The notes below the pieces were generated by a model that saw only the letters and a list, made by a program, of their open reading frames with translations, was not told the DNA's origin and ran no database searches. Shown piece by piece: positions 23,134 to 36,951 of a DNA stretch of 64,000 nucleotides. Position 1 is the first letter of the stretch. Each line of letters starts with the position of its first letter. A program made the translations under genes and the position numbers. Source of the DNA: Octopus bimaculoides (lineage: Eukaryota); the NCBI RefSeq assembly GCF_001194135.2, contig NC_068981.1, positions 160,095,974-160,159,973 on the forward strand. The letters are read 5' to 3'.

Positions 23134-23365
23134 TCTTTTAGCGCTTAAAATGGCCATATCTGGCCCAAATATTCTACTTTTTTTCTTCTTTATTTTGCAT
23201 TCAAACCAGCCTGATCTGGCCTCTCCCACCTATCCTACAATGTCATTCTAGAAATAAACAGTCAAATCATCAAAATTTCAAAGCTATGAAATAATGCATG
23301 ATTAATTCAAAACAATGTGAATAAATAAGCATTATATTTGACAGAGATATCTGAATGCTAAAGAA
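23134..23365. mobile_element. piggyBac-like MITE
   Basis: TTAA|tcttttagcgct ... gaatgctaaagaa|TTAA, a decayed version of a CCCTTTAGCATTC-type end. Confidence 0.45.
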
Positions 23366-23790
23366 TTAAGCTAAGTTCTTGAGTATAAATCTCATTTGTA
23401 GCATTGGAGCTGGACATTTAACTTATCTGTCAGGATTAGGTTTCAGATCTGATAATGTTATTTATAATAAACTCAGGTGCACACAGTTTATTTCATTTCT
23501 GTTTAATGCTTTGAAAATCTGACTAAACACTGAGACATGTATGATTAAATAGACTCAAAAGATGCTGGTATTAGTCTGCATCATCAAGATTCTATTATAC
23601 ATTAAAATCAATAAAAAGAGTACTTTTTACTGAAGAAGGACTCTGTCTGAAACTGGATTTTCCATTCTGTCACAGCAAGTTCACGGTAGTCTTTTAATCA
23701 AGTTTATTAAACACTCAGACAATTGCATTTATTTTAAGTAATTGATTCAGTTTTAGATTGTCATTTTTGTGTGTATGTGTTAAACAAATG

Positions 23791-23975
23791 CAAGGAGTGC
23801 TGAAAAGTTCCTGGCTTTAAGGGTATTCTGAAAGGCCTGGTTGGAGGCCCAACCTTCCAAGTTCTTTTACAGTTTTTAAGTGGGTGAATCTGAGAGGAGA
23901 ATATATTGAATAAAATCGTAATTAACTGATCCACCTGTATTTTTTTTTTTTTTTTTTACTCAAAGTCAGGAACTT
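23791..23975 (-). mobile_element. Mariner-type MITE, inverted relative of 49666-49882
   Basis: caaggagtgctgaaaagttcctggcttt end. The internal sequence (aggcctggttggaggcccaacct) is the reverse complement of the 49666 copy. The right end is decayed. Confidence 0.7.
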
Positions 23976-24015
23976 AATATTCTGTTATTGTATAAACAAC
24001 TTTTTTTCTTTGCAG

Positions 24016-24590
24016 TTGGTCATGATTCAAACATGGAAACAATAGAAAGTGCTGCTTTTTTTCTTTTCCAAACATTCCAAAATGTTCAAATGGTTGGACA
24101 TAGTGAAAGTGTAAAGTTGCGTAGCATATTTGGTCCTTTTCCAGCCACCGTAGCATCTTCAGCTTGTCAAATAGTTTCCAGAATTACATCATGGCTTCCT
24201 GAATACTCTGCTGATTTGTTTGCATATTCTAATTCTTGTGAAAAAAATTCTGAAAAACAGAATGAAGAATTTGGAAACAATGTGAAATTTTCTGTTGAGC
24301 CTTTGATTTCAGTGGAAATGAATTATTCAAGCTCAGAATCTGAGGATGAAGTTGATTCTAGTCTGTTGTCATTGAAATACCAATGTAACAAAGATCAAAC
24401 TGCTTTAAGGACACCAGATGGTAAAGCAGATTCAAAACAAGACAATTTCAATACTTCAGCGTTAATATCTGAAGTGAAAAAGCATTTTAACAATGAAAGC
24501 TACGTTCTTGGAATGACAATTGAAAATCTTTGTTCTAACCTCTTTGACTTTCTATCATCTTCCAAATCTGATGATGCTCTACAGAATGAT
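24016..24590 (+). CDS. ASCC3: ASCC3 coding exon 2
   Basis: ttttctttgcag| and GAT|gtaagt. ...IESAAFFLFQTF...LRSIFGPFPA...LCSNLFDFLSSSKSDDALQND, like human IESGAAFLFMTF...MFGPFPS...LYDMLASIKSGDELQDE. 575 nt. Confidence 0.93.
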
Positions 24591-27500
24591 GTAAGTTTAT
24601 ACCAATATTTTTATTCAAATATTTTGTCGAAATAATTTCAAATTTGATTTACTTTGTTCATTTTTATGAATAATCTTAATAGTACTGTTGAGTCCTCTTA
24701 ATTGCATAATTTTTGGAACCAGAATGTTGGGCATTAAATTTACAGGTTAATTGCCTTTACTAATAGCATCAATTTTGGTTATGATTATTTCAGATATTTA
24801 GTGAAAATTGACGACATGTAGCATAGAATGAGCATGAATGAAGTGATTCTAGAAGCTTCCATTTTCATAAGTTAAAAATGATAGTGGTCTGTATTTTGAT
24901 TACAAATAACTGATATCAAAAGAATCAGCAGTATTCAAGTTATTTTTAGTATTTCAATGAATTAAAGACTGTGGAAACTCAGATTCCAATGTAATTTTTA
25001 ATTTTTAATTGTGTAGCTTTATATATCTTTGTTGTAGATTAAAATAATAAAAAGTTTTGAATCAAACACTAGACACTATAGACCTTTTCTGTTTGGCTGC
25101 ACCTGTGGAAATTTTAAAATTTGGTTTGTCAGTGTAATTTTCCATGCTAAATCTCAGGGGATAATTCACTTTTTCCAGAAACTTTTTTCCTTTAAGTTAC
25201 TGAGGTTTAGAGTTTCATCATTTTTACCTAGTCAGAAAACAGGATTTGGAAGTTGTCATTTTGTGTGACAGCATGTGTTGTCAACTGTAAACATGCCATA
25301 ACTTTTAACCCATCATAATTTTTTTTTTTTTTTTTTGGAATTTTCAGAAAATTTTTACACAGGAATCCATACAATTATGCAAAAAAAAAAAAAAATTGGT
25401 GCATGATTTAAGGTCTATTTAGCTATTATTTTTAGCATATCTCATGACTACCATTTAATAAGTGAAAAATGACCGCATGAGTATGCATTTTGGTAATAGC
25501 TTAGCTAGTTACCATGGAAACAGGCACCTATATGTCTGTATTAGCTATATGTATTGGCTAAAATTTTTGAAAATTTGCAAACTTTAGAAGTTATTAACTC
25601 TTTATTTATTGATTTATAGCAAAAATGAATTCCATGTCAATGATTCCCTTACAAACCTTCACCAATATGCCAAATATGAAATCAATTAAAACAAAAATTG
25701 AAGAAATTGAAAAGTAGCAGCCAAAGACAAAGAATCTGACAAATTTTGTTATATGATTTATTTAATGTGTTAGAATTAGTGCAATTAATTTTTCTGTTAA
25801 TCTGTTTGAAGTTCGTTGTTATTAATGATCAATTCAAAGTGTATGAAAATCAATGTCTGGCTAAGCTTAGGTAATTAAAGAATAGCAAAGGGAACTGATA
25901 AACCTCATATGGGGATAAATCAAGCAAGTATAGTGTAATGCATCTTACTAAAAATATTATTTGTACTGGGTGGGACATGAGTAAATTTTGTGTACACAAA
26001 GCATACTTTAAATAAAAAAAAAAGTTTATTCTTACTTAATTATATAATCTCTACATTGATTAAATTATGAATACAGGCATGTGTGATTAAGAAATTTGAA
26101 TATGAACCACATGGTCTTGGGTTCAGTCCCACTGCTTGGCAACTTGGGCTGACCTTGTGAGTGGATTTTGTTGATGGAAACTGAAAGAAGCTTGACATAT
26201 ACACACACATGTGTGTGTGTGTGTATTTGTGTCTCCTAGTCTTGACATTGTGTGAGAGTTATTAACAAGTTATTAACAAGCCATCTCATAAACTGTTGTT
26301 CATTTCCAATCTTCCATGCAAACACATCCAGTTACCTTGTTTGGAAACAAGCAAAGGTTGGTGATAGGCAGGGCATCCAGTCATAGAAAATCTGCCTCAA
26401 CAAATTCCATTTAACCCATACAAGCATGGAAAAGTAGATATTTAAATGATGATGGTGATGATGAAATGTACATGTATCAAAGCAAAATCTTTACTGCTAA
26501 TATTGGAAAGGATAAAGATCCCCTTTGGTCTTGAATGACCATGGATTGCACCCAGGAAGTTCCCCTCCAAGGCACAAGTCCAGGCAAGGTTGTTTATGGA
26601 AGACCAGCATTCACTCATGCATACCAGCCTCCCCTCTCCATATTCAGTACTTTATCAAATATTGTTATTGAAAATTGGCTGAGGACTAAGCCATGTCCAC
26701 TGACTAATGTCAGCTCTAGTTACATCTTACTGATGTTGTTAATTGTTGTAATCCTTTGTCAGACTGTTATAACATCCACTCCGGTATAGTAGTATAGTTA
26801 GTTAGACAAGTAAGATATGACTATTTATCTGTGACCATCTACCTCCATACTCTTTACTTGACGTCACCTTATTTGTAGTGACTAGCACATACCACTCATC
26901 ATGTGGGAGGGGTGTTCCATTATTGCTATTATTTCCATAACACTAACATATTTCAGAAAACCATAAATATTAAAATTCCTACTTCCTCTATTCAGAATAC
27001 ATTGTTTTATAGCAATCTGGAGAAAGCTTGTTGAATCAATAATACACTAAGTCATAGCTGAAGAGGTAGCACCGTTATTTAATAATCGTTGTTAGGACCT
27101 CCTTGCTGGCACCACTTTTACTAAACTACTGATAGCTGCCATAACGATAATTTCATATTAGTAAATCAGTACTAAAGCAAGATAACTTTAGCCATGATTT
27201 TATATCTAGTAATTTTGTGTCTCCAAGTTAGGTGTGCTCATTAAGATACTAGCACTTGAGAAAGTAACTTTCCTAATTTAGAGCCATCTATTTGTTATGG
27301 CAGCGCTATCTATTTGTTTTTTTTAAAGTAGTCATTTTCTGAGAAATTGTTTTAATGACTTAACTATGATAAAATGACTGATTTGATTTAGCAGTCTACC
27401 ATTTTTGTACTGGAAAGAAATGGTAAGTTTCTTAAAAAATGTATATAGACATTTTTGTTTGAGATTCAGATACATTTGTAACCGTATTTTAAATTATAAC

Positions 27501-27842
27501 AAAATAATTATGCTGTATCTTGTAAAAAAAAAAAAAAAAAGTCACTGTTTTCTTCTGTGAAGAAGCACTGATAATTTTATTCCCCTGAAAGATTAAGAAA
27601 CCATATGCCATTCTTTACACAATGGCAAATAATAGTAAACACTGAGAATTTCTACAATGTTTGCTTGGTGAAATGAGAATCCCTCTTACCTGCAAATACT
27701 TCCACTTTTAATATTTAATCTCAGGTCCACAACTGTTACATGCTATATGTCAGGCCTAGTATTATTTCACTGTTGTCTTCACTGCAACTCAAAAAATATC
27801 TTTCTTTAAAGAGTTAACAGATTTCTGTAAGTCTGTCATTAG

Positions 27843-27883
<41 letters not shown>

Positions 27884-27944
27884 TCTTTTAGATTTCCATG
27901 AGAAATTAAAAGTTTGATATTTGGGGTAAAAGGGTAGAGGCCTT

Positions 27945-28262
27945 CTTTGGACATGAATGACCATGAGATTGCACCTGGAAAGTTCCCCTCTGAGGCACAA
28001 GTCCAGACAAAAGTTGTTTGTAGAAGGCCAGCAGTTGTCCATGCATACCAGTCTCCCCTCTCTATACTACCAATGTTGTCCAAGGGAAAGGCAAAGGCTG
28101 GTACAGTTTGGCACCAATGATGTTGTAACTTATTTCTACAGTTGAGTGAACTGGAGCAATGTGAAATAAAGTGTCTTACTCAAGAACACAACACACTGCC
28201 TAGTCTGGGAATCGAACTCACAACATTACAATTGTAAACCTAACACTCTAACCATTGAGCTA
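27945..28262 (-). mobile_element. tRNA/CORE-like SINE with a third tail type
   Basis: The reverse complement has a tRNA-like head and gtgttgtgttcttgagtaagacac...ttgctccagttcactcaact. Its tail (gaatgaccatg...gttcccctc...ggcacaagtcc) is shared with 26520-26640. Confidence 0.65.
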
Positions 28263-28539
28263 TCATATTTTGGGTACTTGCCTTTAAATGGAGTGTGGAG
28301 AGGAAAAAGAACCTGAAACATTGGGCATTTCACAGTTCATGAAAATCAAACTTGTCAACCATGTACAAAATGTCCTGATTAATTGTTGCCATCAGACACC
28401 AACTTCTGTGGATTTACCCCTTTAATGTATAAGATTTAGTGTTTCACTTTGTATGAATCATTACATTTTTTTACTCTTCTTTTAAGGCTGTCAAAATGTC
28501 CTTACAATTAGATTATAATTTATTTTTAAACTATTCCAG

Positions 28540-28660
28540 CTCTTCGAATTCCTTGGCTTTGATCAATTTGAGTTAATAGAAAATCTTCTGAAGAATCGCA
28601 ACAAATACCTCGATGATGCAATTTTAGTGAACAAGGGACACAAGGCTCTTTCAGTTGCTA
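28540..28660 (+). CDS. ASCC3: ASCC3 coding exon 3
   Basis: ctattccag| and A|gtgagt. LFEFLGFDQFELIENLLKNR, like human LFELLGPEGLELIEKLLQNR. Confidence 0.92.
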
Positions 28661-31097
28661 GTGAGTATCTCTTAACTGCTTTTTCATCATCATTTATCAC
28701 CCACTCTTTCATGCTTGTGTGGATCAGATAGAATTTATCAAGGCAGATATTCTACAGCCTTTCTTGTTGCTACCAAGTAAGATAATATTTCCCCATGATC
28801 AAACATGTTTTTTCATGGAAGACTAGAAATGAACAACCTTGCTTGTATGATGATGATGATCACTTACAACTATCTTGTGATAAATGGTACTCAGAAGCAC
28901 ACACAAACACATGCACATACAGACATATATACACATTTATATATACAATAGGCTTCTTTCACTTTCCAACTTCCAAATCAACTCACAGGACTTTGGTTGT
29001 ATATATCAACCAACAATAAATAACAAATGAATGTATATAAAATACTTATTATATTAAGATAGAAAAATATTATTAAAAATATCAAAATAATAAACATTAC
29101 ATAATCAACCCTACGTCCATTATAATATAAGCTAACAGGAATATTATATGCAAAAACCAACTTAACGAATTTTTCGTTTAAAATACAATTTGAACGAAGT
29201 TTTAGGTTAAAATAATAAAGATAGAATTAGCACATATCTAAACGATGCATTCAGTTCTACTTATTTCATATCTTGAGGGTACATCGAGACATGTCATCAC
29301 TACCGTTTTTACCTCTTTCCAGCTCTGCCCAATCACTCTCACTCTCTCTTCTAAAATGTGAGTAATCATGTAACAAAAAAAACTATACTGTTCTAGCTCC
29401 TTCTTTCATACTTTAACTCCTCATCTCCTAGCACTCAAAGCCCCACCTTCAGGATTTGTGGTCTTGCAAGCTGCTTGGCAACCTCACATGTTGTAATGTG
29501 GTTGATGTTAGAAAGGACATCTAGTCATAAAAGCCATACCACAGCAGATATTGGAACATAATGCAGTTCTTGGATCCATCAAATCCTGTCAAACTATTGA
29601 ACTAATGCCAGCAGAGGTGTTAAATGAGGATAATGATTCACTCATATACATAAATTTTAAATCAGAATTACAAATTTGGGACCTGTGTTGTCTCCAAGCA
29701 AAGTTACTCGAAAGTTTCATGCAAGATCAGATTTCCCTAAACCAGGAAAAGAGACCATATAATCATCAGGTACATTTGATTGAAACTGGATCTTCAATTT
29801 TGTTTTGGAGATCCAAAAATTTGCATCAACTCATCCAGAAAGAGCAAGGACAAAATAAACTACTTCAAGAAAGCCGGAAGATGAAAACCTGAGAAAACAA
29901 TGAATTTTGAAATAACTTTATAATGGGGTCTATTATTAATTTGAAATGGAGTAAAATCGAGAATAGCTTTTCACCAATTTATATGATCTCTGCTTGCTAG
30001 CATTTTGATTTCTATCTATAGGCTCTATGGGTCTACTTCCTGTGCAATGGAGAGAGCACAATGAGCTTGAGAAGTTTTTTGATATATTCTCTGTATTAAT
30101 AAGAGGGTAAAATTGCACTACTAAATTCTTCTTAGATACTTTTAGTCCTTTTATTTTTTTAATCTTCTATGCCTAGTGTAAATGACATTGGTATAGGCAC
30201 AGGCATGCTCTGTGGTAAGAAGCTTGCTTCCCAACCACATGGTTCTGGGTTCAGTACCATTGTGTGGCACTTTGTCTTCTACTATAGCTTCAGGCCAACC
30301 AAAGCCTTGTGAGTGGATTTGGTAAACAGAAACTGAATGAAGCCCATTATGTGTGTGTATGTGTCTTTGTGTTTGTCCCCCATCATTACTTGACATCTAG
30401 TTTTGGTGTGTTTACATCCCTATAACTTAACAGTTCAGCAAAAAAAGATTGATAGAATATGTATCAGGTTTAAAAAAAACTTACTGGGACCAATTCATTT
30501 GACTAAAAATTCTTCAAGACAGTGCTCCAGCATGGCTGCAGTCTAATGACTGAAACAAGTGAAAGATAAAAGATATGTATTCAGCTAAGAATTTTAGACT
30601 TTTATTCAGAACAAATGTTGTGTGTAGTCCAAATTGCATTTCCTTTCTGTTGCTTGTGAGAGATGCAAAAGCAGTATTTCTGCAGCTATTTTTATAGAGG
30701 CAAGTTGTATGCTCTTTGAAGATGTACTTGGTATGTCATCAACATCAGATGTTATGTATATATTCCAAGTAAGCATGTTATGATAATTTGCATTAAAGCT
30801 TGTTTTCCTTTCATATTAGTGTTGTATGTCATACTGGTTGTATTGGTACATCATTAATATTTCTTGATTGACATATATTTTTATCTATCTCATAACTGAA
30901 TAAGTTGCAAATATTTCTTTCCACGTAACTATGTTAAAATTAAGGGTAGATGTAAGTAAAAGAAATAGCAATCTTTGGTCATTCACATCATTTATTTTTA
31001 TCAACTTCTTTATATGTCCTTTGTATATGAAGCATGTTCTGTATTCAGTACTTGGTTAATCTGCAAAAAACATTTAATTTCTTTCATAACTCTGCAG

Positions 31098-31156
31098 GGA
31101 AAAGAAATGTAGATGGTCCTTCTCGACCCATCTATGGATGCCAAGTTACAGTACAG
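31098..31156 (+). CDS. ASCC3: ASCC3 coding exon 4
   Basis: tctgcag| and CAG|gtatgt. ...SRPIYGCQVTVQ, like human KPNYGCQVTIQ. 59 nt, phase 1 to 0. Confidence 0.92.
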
Positions 31157-33874
31157 GTATGTTTATTAATGTTTTAATACTTTCAAAAGCCAGTTATATA
31201 CTTTTACTTAAACTTTTGAATTCTATTGAGTTCAGTATTGATACTTTGTGACATTTCTTTTAATCATAACATTAGTTATATTGCCAATCTTATGTCATTT
31301 TTGACAGTCTTTGGTGCCCTTCATATATCATTTTCCTCTCTAGGTATGACTGTGTGGTAAGAAGTTAGCTTCCCAACCACATGATTCCAGGTTTACTCCC
31401 ACTGCAGGGCACCTTGAGCAAGTGTCTTCTACTTATAGCCTTGGGCTGACAAAAGGCTTGTGAGTAGATTTGGTAGACAGAAACTGAAAGAAGCAAAAGA
31501 GATGGATAGAATAAGTACCAAGCTTAAAAAAAAGGACTGGGGTTGATTCAGTTGAGTAAAAATTCTTCAAGGTGCAATCTAATGACTGAAACAAGTAAAA
31601 GATAACAGATTAAAGATATCCATTCTTCATCAAATCCTCCTAGGGTATTCTCAGCTCTCTTCACTCTAACCCTTGAGGTAGCTGTTTAAACTCTATGATC
31701 ATGGAGACTAGCTTATTGTAGAATATATTGAACTAAAGAAGATTGGAGTGTGTTAAAAAAAAGAACTTGAATGTGAACATAGCCTGCAATAAAGTGTTGG
31801 CTAATAGCAGAAATCATATAAACCCAGAAAAGTTACTTTGGTCTGCAGATGCAGACATGACTGCATGGTTAAGAAGTTTGCCTCCCAACCACTTGTTTTA
31901 GTTTCAGTCCCACTACATGGTAACTTGGGCAAATATCTGCTTTAGCTGTGGGCCAACCAAAGCCTTATAAGTGGATTTGGTTGATGGAAACTGAAAGAAG
32001 CCCATCATATGTGTGTGTTCTTATCTTGGCATTGCATGATAGCTGCAAGTGAGTTTCTCTATGTACAGGCACTGTCATATGTTTCCAGTCTTCCAAGAAA
32101 ACATATCAGGCCAAAGGGAATTATTATCTTACTTGGAAATAGGTCAGGATTGATGGCAGGAAGGGTATCCAGCTATAGAAAATCAACAAATGATTGTTAA
32201 AATGATGGTGATGATGATAAAAGAAGTAGGCAAGAAATGAACACTGCATGTATCAGTAGAGAAATGAAAAGAAGTGTATATAAAGAATGCAGACTGACAA
32301 AGAAATACACCAGATGCATTGATTGACCTAATAACATGAGCTGTGATATACTTTCTGAAAGTAGTAGATAAATTTAACTACCTAAGAGATATTATTGTTA
32401 CTGAGATCATCATCTTTATTTTAACATTTGCTTTTCCATGCTTACATGGACCAAACAGAAGTTTTATGAGGTGGATTTTCTATGGCTGGATGCCTTTCCT
32501 GTTGCACCTCCTTCACCTTTTTCCAAGTAAGGTAATATTTCTCCATGGCCAGGCATGGATGATTGCAAATGAAGGACACTGCTTCTATGACAGTTACACT
32601 CATTTTCAACTACCATGCAATGTCAAAGTAGAGAGACAGTAACACACATATCCAAATGCACATGCACACATAAATACACAACAAGCTTCTTTCAGTTTCT
32701 ATCTACCAGATCTACTCACAAAGCTTTTGACAGCCTGGGGCTAGGATTATAATCGAAAGCACATTCCTAAAGTGTCACACAGTGGGACTGAACTTGAAAC
32801 CATGTGGTTGGGAAACATACCTCTTACCACACAGCCATTCCTTGCAACTTTAGCCATTATATTGGTATGGTGATTAAGTGGAATGGAAGCAGTTTAGGGG
32901 GTTTCAGTTTTTGAAGCAAACAGTTTTTCACAGAATAAGAGATAAATGATATAAAATAAGTACCAGTTGAACACTGGAGTCGATGTCATCAACTTACCTC
33001 ATCCACTAAAATGCTGGCCTTGTGCTAAAATTTGAAACTAATATTGTTGAAGGGTTAAGTTAAAATATGTTAATATAGCTGTGCCTTAAAATGTCCACAG
33101 ATATATGTGCTAGAGTGATGATAGCATTCCCATAGACATGTAGATGAGAATGGATTATATAGTAAGTAAAATGTGCTGTGAGTTGATAATGGTAAGGAAT
33201 CTTAAAGTAGAGGTTTATGAGAAAGGATTGTTGGGAAAAATTGTTTATCTCTGATGATATCACGTTGTTTATTTTGAAAAGGTATTGCATTTGATAATCT
33301 AAGTTGGGCATAGTATACTAATAATAACACTGTGTAACATGATTTTTGTCCTTGGGTAACAACTATTATTTCCTATTTGTTTGCCCCTTCAAAGTATGAA
33401 AAGTGGCTAATATTCCCTTGAAACTTTGCTTTTGCTACATTTTATTCAAACCCGAAGTATCCCTCTCAACAATTGGCTATGATACTCCCCCACTACTCTT
33501 ATTCATGATCAGAGATGCATATACTGTCAGCCACTAAGGGACATGCCCAAGTGGTTAAGGTCAAGCAACAGACAAGCAAATCTGTGGTATTGAGCAGAAT
33601 ATTTGCTATAACAATATTTCTGCTTCAGCAACTCTGCTGAATCTGTTTGAAATGTAATGGAAAGAAAGGTCAGTTTCAAAATATTGATGTCCTGGTTACA
33701 AAAGCAAAATTGAAGGGAATAGTAGTCATTTCCTTTGATTTTTAGATAGAAGCAAATAGCAAATAACACTTATCAAAGACAAGAAAAATTTTTTTATTTT
33801 GTTGCACAGTGTTATTTATATACTGAAGAAAAGGAAATTTCATTTGTTCATTTCATAATCATTAACTTTTATAG

Positions 33875-33999
33875 ACTGAAGAAGAAAAACAACTGATGAA
33901 AATGATTCGAAGAGAAGAGAAAAAAAGTGCTCGAAAAGAATGCATTGGAAACGAAAATAACAGTACAAGCTTTGATCCTTCAGAAATGAGAGCTCAAAG
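33875..33999 (+). CDS. ASCC3: ASCC3 coding exon 5
   Basis: ttttatag| and AG|gtaggt. TEEEKQLMKMIRREEKK...FDPSEMRAQR, like human SEQEKQLMKQYRREEKR...FDPKELRIQR. Confidence 0.93.
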
Positions 34000-36489
34000 G
34001 TAGGTGGCTTTTGAATAATATTTTAAATTTGTTACTTGCAGATTGTCTTTAATTTATTTCTCTTTCTGGTTTTTGAAGTTTTTGCTAAGAAATTAAGGGC
34101 TAGAATATTTATTGGATTTTGATATACTAATGATTTAGTTACTATTTTAGAGTAAAACAAAACATAGGGAAAAGTGATTTTAGTTGTATGACTTTCAGGT
34201 GTTTTAACATCCAGTATTACTAGGGCATCTCTCTAAACACTATCCCACAGCAAATACAGCAAATAAACAAAACACAATCATTGTGTATGTACAATCAATA
34301 ATGTTTACATTACTAGACCATCTTTTAATTCATAATTTAATTTACTTTTACATGTGCATTGCTGTGGCACATCATCGAGTAATTTTCACACTATTTTGTT
34401 TATAGTTATAGACTGGAGATTCAGTTCAATCCAAGTGCATGGTATTGATAAGTTACAATAATGGTGAAATATCAACATCTACCACTCCTGGACTTGATCC
34501 AAGGTGAATTTTCTCACTTGGTCTATGTCTTTCAGTTGTTTTAACGCCTAGTGTTATCAGGGAGTGTCCCTAAACACTGTCCCACAACAAATTCAGTGTA
34601 TTTACAAAACACATACATTGTGTATGTGTGATTGATAATATTTACATTACTAGAGCTACTTTGTGTTTGTAATATATATATATATATGTCAGTAAATGGT
34701 GGGGTTGTGTTATTTTCCTTTTATTTTCCAATATATATGTATCCAAAAGCAGGTGGAAAATGCTGAATCCCTCCTAGTAAATTTAGAATTTGTCACTCTC
34801 AATAGGCAAACACCCTAACAAACATGATGTCTATAGTAACAGTCTATATGTATGTTAAGGCACTTAATTCTTAAAAGGATAGGTTACCCATAATACTTCA
34901 TCTAGACATGCAACACAATACATAGACTTCTTGCCTTTACTTACCATCTGCTGCTCAGTTTTGTTGCAGAAATTTTAATATTCAAACAAATTCTTGATAA
35001 TATATATTGGGCACTCAAAGCCAATACAATTTGTTGGTTTTTATTTTTGATGTGCCATCAAGAATATAGGTTTTTGATCAGTCTAAGTTGACTGATGTCA
35101 ACTTGAATCTGCACATGTATGCACAGGCTTCGGCAAGATTTTATTTTGAGGAAGCAGTTACCTATCTGTGTAAGTCTCTCTTCTCCACAGCATGTATGTT
35201 ATCCAAGGGAAAGGCCATTGACTTGCACTGATACAGTTTGGCATGTGTGTCATCACTGGCATTGCTGTCAGATTGCAAACAATTACTGTAGGACATCTTG
35301 CTTCGTCTTCTAACAATTCTGCCAATCCACTGCTTGGTACTCTTTTATTGACCCTGAAAGGATAAAATACAAGGTTGACCTGGGTTGGACTTGAACTCAA
35401 GGCATATAGAGAGTCAGGGTATATGTTGTGGGACATTCACTCCAACACTAATGATTCTACTAGTCTCCTATTTTCAAGAATAATGTAGAAAATGATAGTG
35501 GAAAAATCTTAAACAGTTTAATAGGTATGTCGTTTTTAGCTTTATATGTGTGCATCTAATGTGATATACTAAAACTGGAAGTGGAAAGTAAATTTTTTAA
35601 AAGTTAGATATTTAATAGAATATTTAAAATGGAATGGAAATAAAAAAAGATAATAATTTAAATCTAAATCAGCAGGAAATGTTCAGTTAATTTTTATCAC
35701 TCATTATTGAATATTGATTAAAATTTGAATTTAAACTTTTTTCTCTAGATTTCATATTTAGAAAACAATTGTTTTATCGTTTTCAAATCAATGAGGAATA
35801 ATAAAAATAATAACAATAATAATGGTTTCAAATTTTGGCACAGTTCAACTTATTTTAAGGGTAAGGCGTAGTTGATTAGACTAGCCCCAGTGCTCAAATG
35901 ATACTTATTTTACCAACCCTGAAAAAATGAAAGGCAAAGTTGACATTGGTGGAATTTTGAACTCAAAACGTAACAAACCAGTAGAAATGGTGCTAAGCAT
36001 TTTATCCAAGGTGCTGACATTTCTGCCAGCTCAGCACTTTAATAATAATAATAATAATAACAATCTTTTCTACTAGAGGCACAATGCCTGAAATTTTGTG
36101 GGGACGTATTTAGTCAGTTATCTCAACCCCAGTGTTCAACTGGTGCTTATTTTATCAACCCCAAAAGCATGAAAGGCAAAATCAATTTCACCGATACTTG
36201 AACTCAGAACATGAAGATGGATGAAATGGTGCTAACATTTTCCCATCATGCCACCTTGCTACCTTATTTTATAATAACAATGACAACAATGAAATTTAAT
36301 ATAAATCACTTCATGTATTGACAACGAAAGAAATATGAAAAATCTGAATCAGTGAAGTATATATATTTTTAAAATATATGAAATTGTTTAATGCTCATAC
36401 AGTTCTGTTTCTATAATGTTCTATTAAATACCTTCCTTAATGTTTCCTATTTTAACCTTAAACTTATTTAAATTTTGTTTGTTCTTCAG

Positions 36490-36634
36490 AGAAGCAGCTC
36501 TATTATATGCTCAGAGTAATCAAATATTAACCAAACGATCTGCAACAGTTGGTCAAACCAAAGAAAGCCTTCCATTTGTGTTTGATTCTTTAGCAGAAGC
36601 AAGAAAATCATCGGCTTTTGTTGGGAGTTGTAAA
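36490..36634 (+). CDS. ASCC3: ASCC3 coding exon 6
   Basis: gttcttcag| and AAA|gtatgt. EAALLYA...LPFVFDSLAEARKSSAFVGSCK, like human YPHVYDSQAEAMKTSAFIAGAK. Confidence 0.92.
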
Positions 36635-36725
36635 GTATGTGGTTTTTCTTTCTATTATTTGCTTGATTTATTGATTTAACCATTTACTTTTCTTTTATTC
36701 ATTTTTACCTGTTGCTTATGAACAG

Positions 36726-36851
36726 ATGTCTCTACCTATTGGATTTGAACGCATTGATAGAAAGATGTTTGAAGAAGTTCATATTCCTGCATCAGAAAAG
36801 GCTCCTCTTCACATTGGTAAAAAACTTGTCAGCATTGATGATTTAGATGAG
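36726..36851 (+). CDS. ASCC3: ASCC3 coding exon 7
   Basis: aacag| after a 91-nt intron, GAG|gtaata donor. MSLPIGFERIDRKMFEEVHIPAS...SIDDLDE. Confidence 0.93.
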
Positions 36852-36911
36852 GTAATATATCTTTATCAATTCTTTCCTCTTCCAGTATATGTATATATGT
36901 GTGTGTGTGTG

Positions 36912-36951
<40 letters not shown>

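Noticed and set aside
25085-25735. Possible old TIR element (tttggctgc / gcagccaaa)
   Set aside because: Only a 9-bp inverted match and no TSD found.
29551-29892. 113-aa ORF
   Set aside because: Its 5' part overlaps a decayed RTE tail, it has no recognisable domain, and no splice context was found.
30660-30770. Extra ASCC3 exon before the caa|gtaagc donor-like site
   Set aside because: Exons 3 and 4 already join in phase with the expected length, and the segment shows no ASCC3 similarity.
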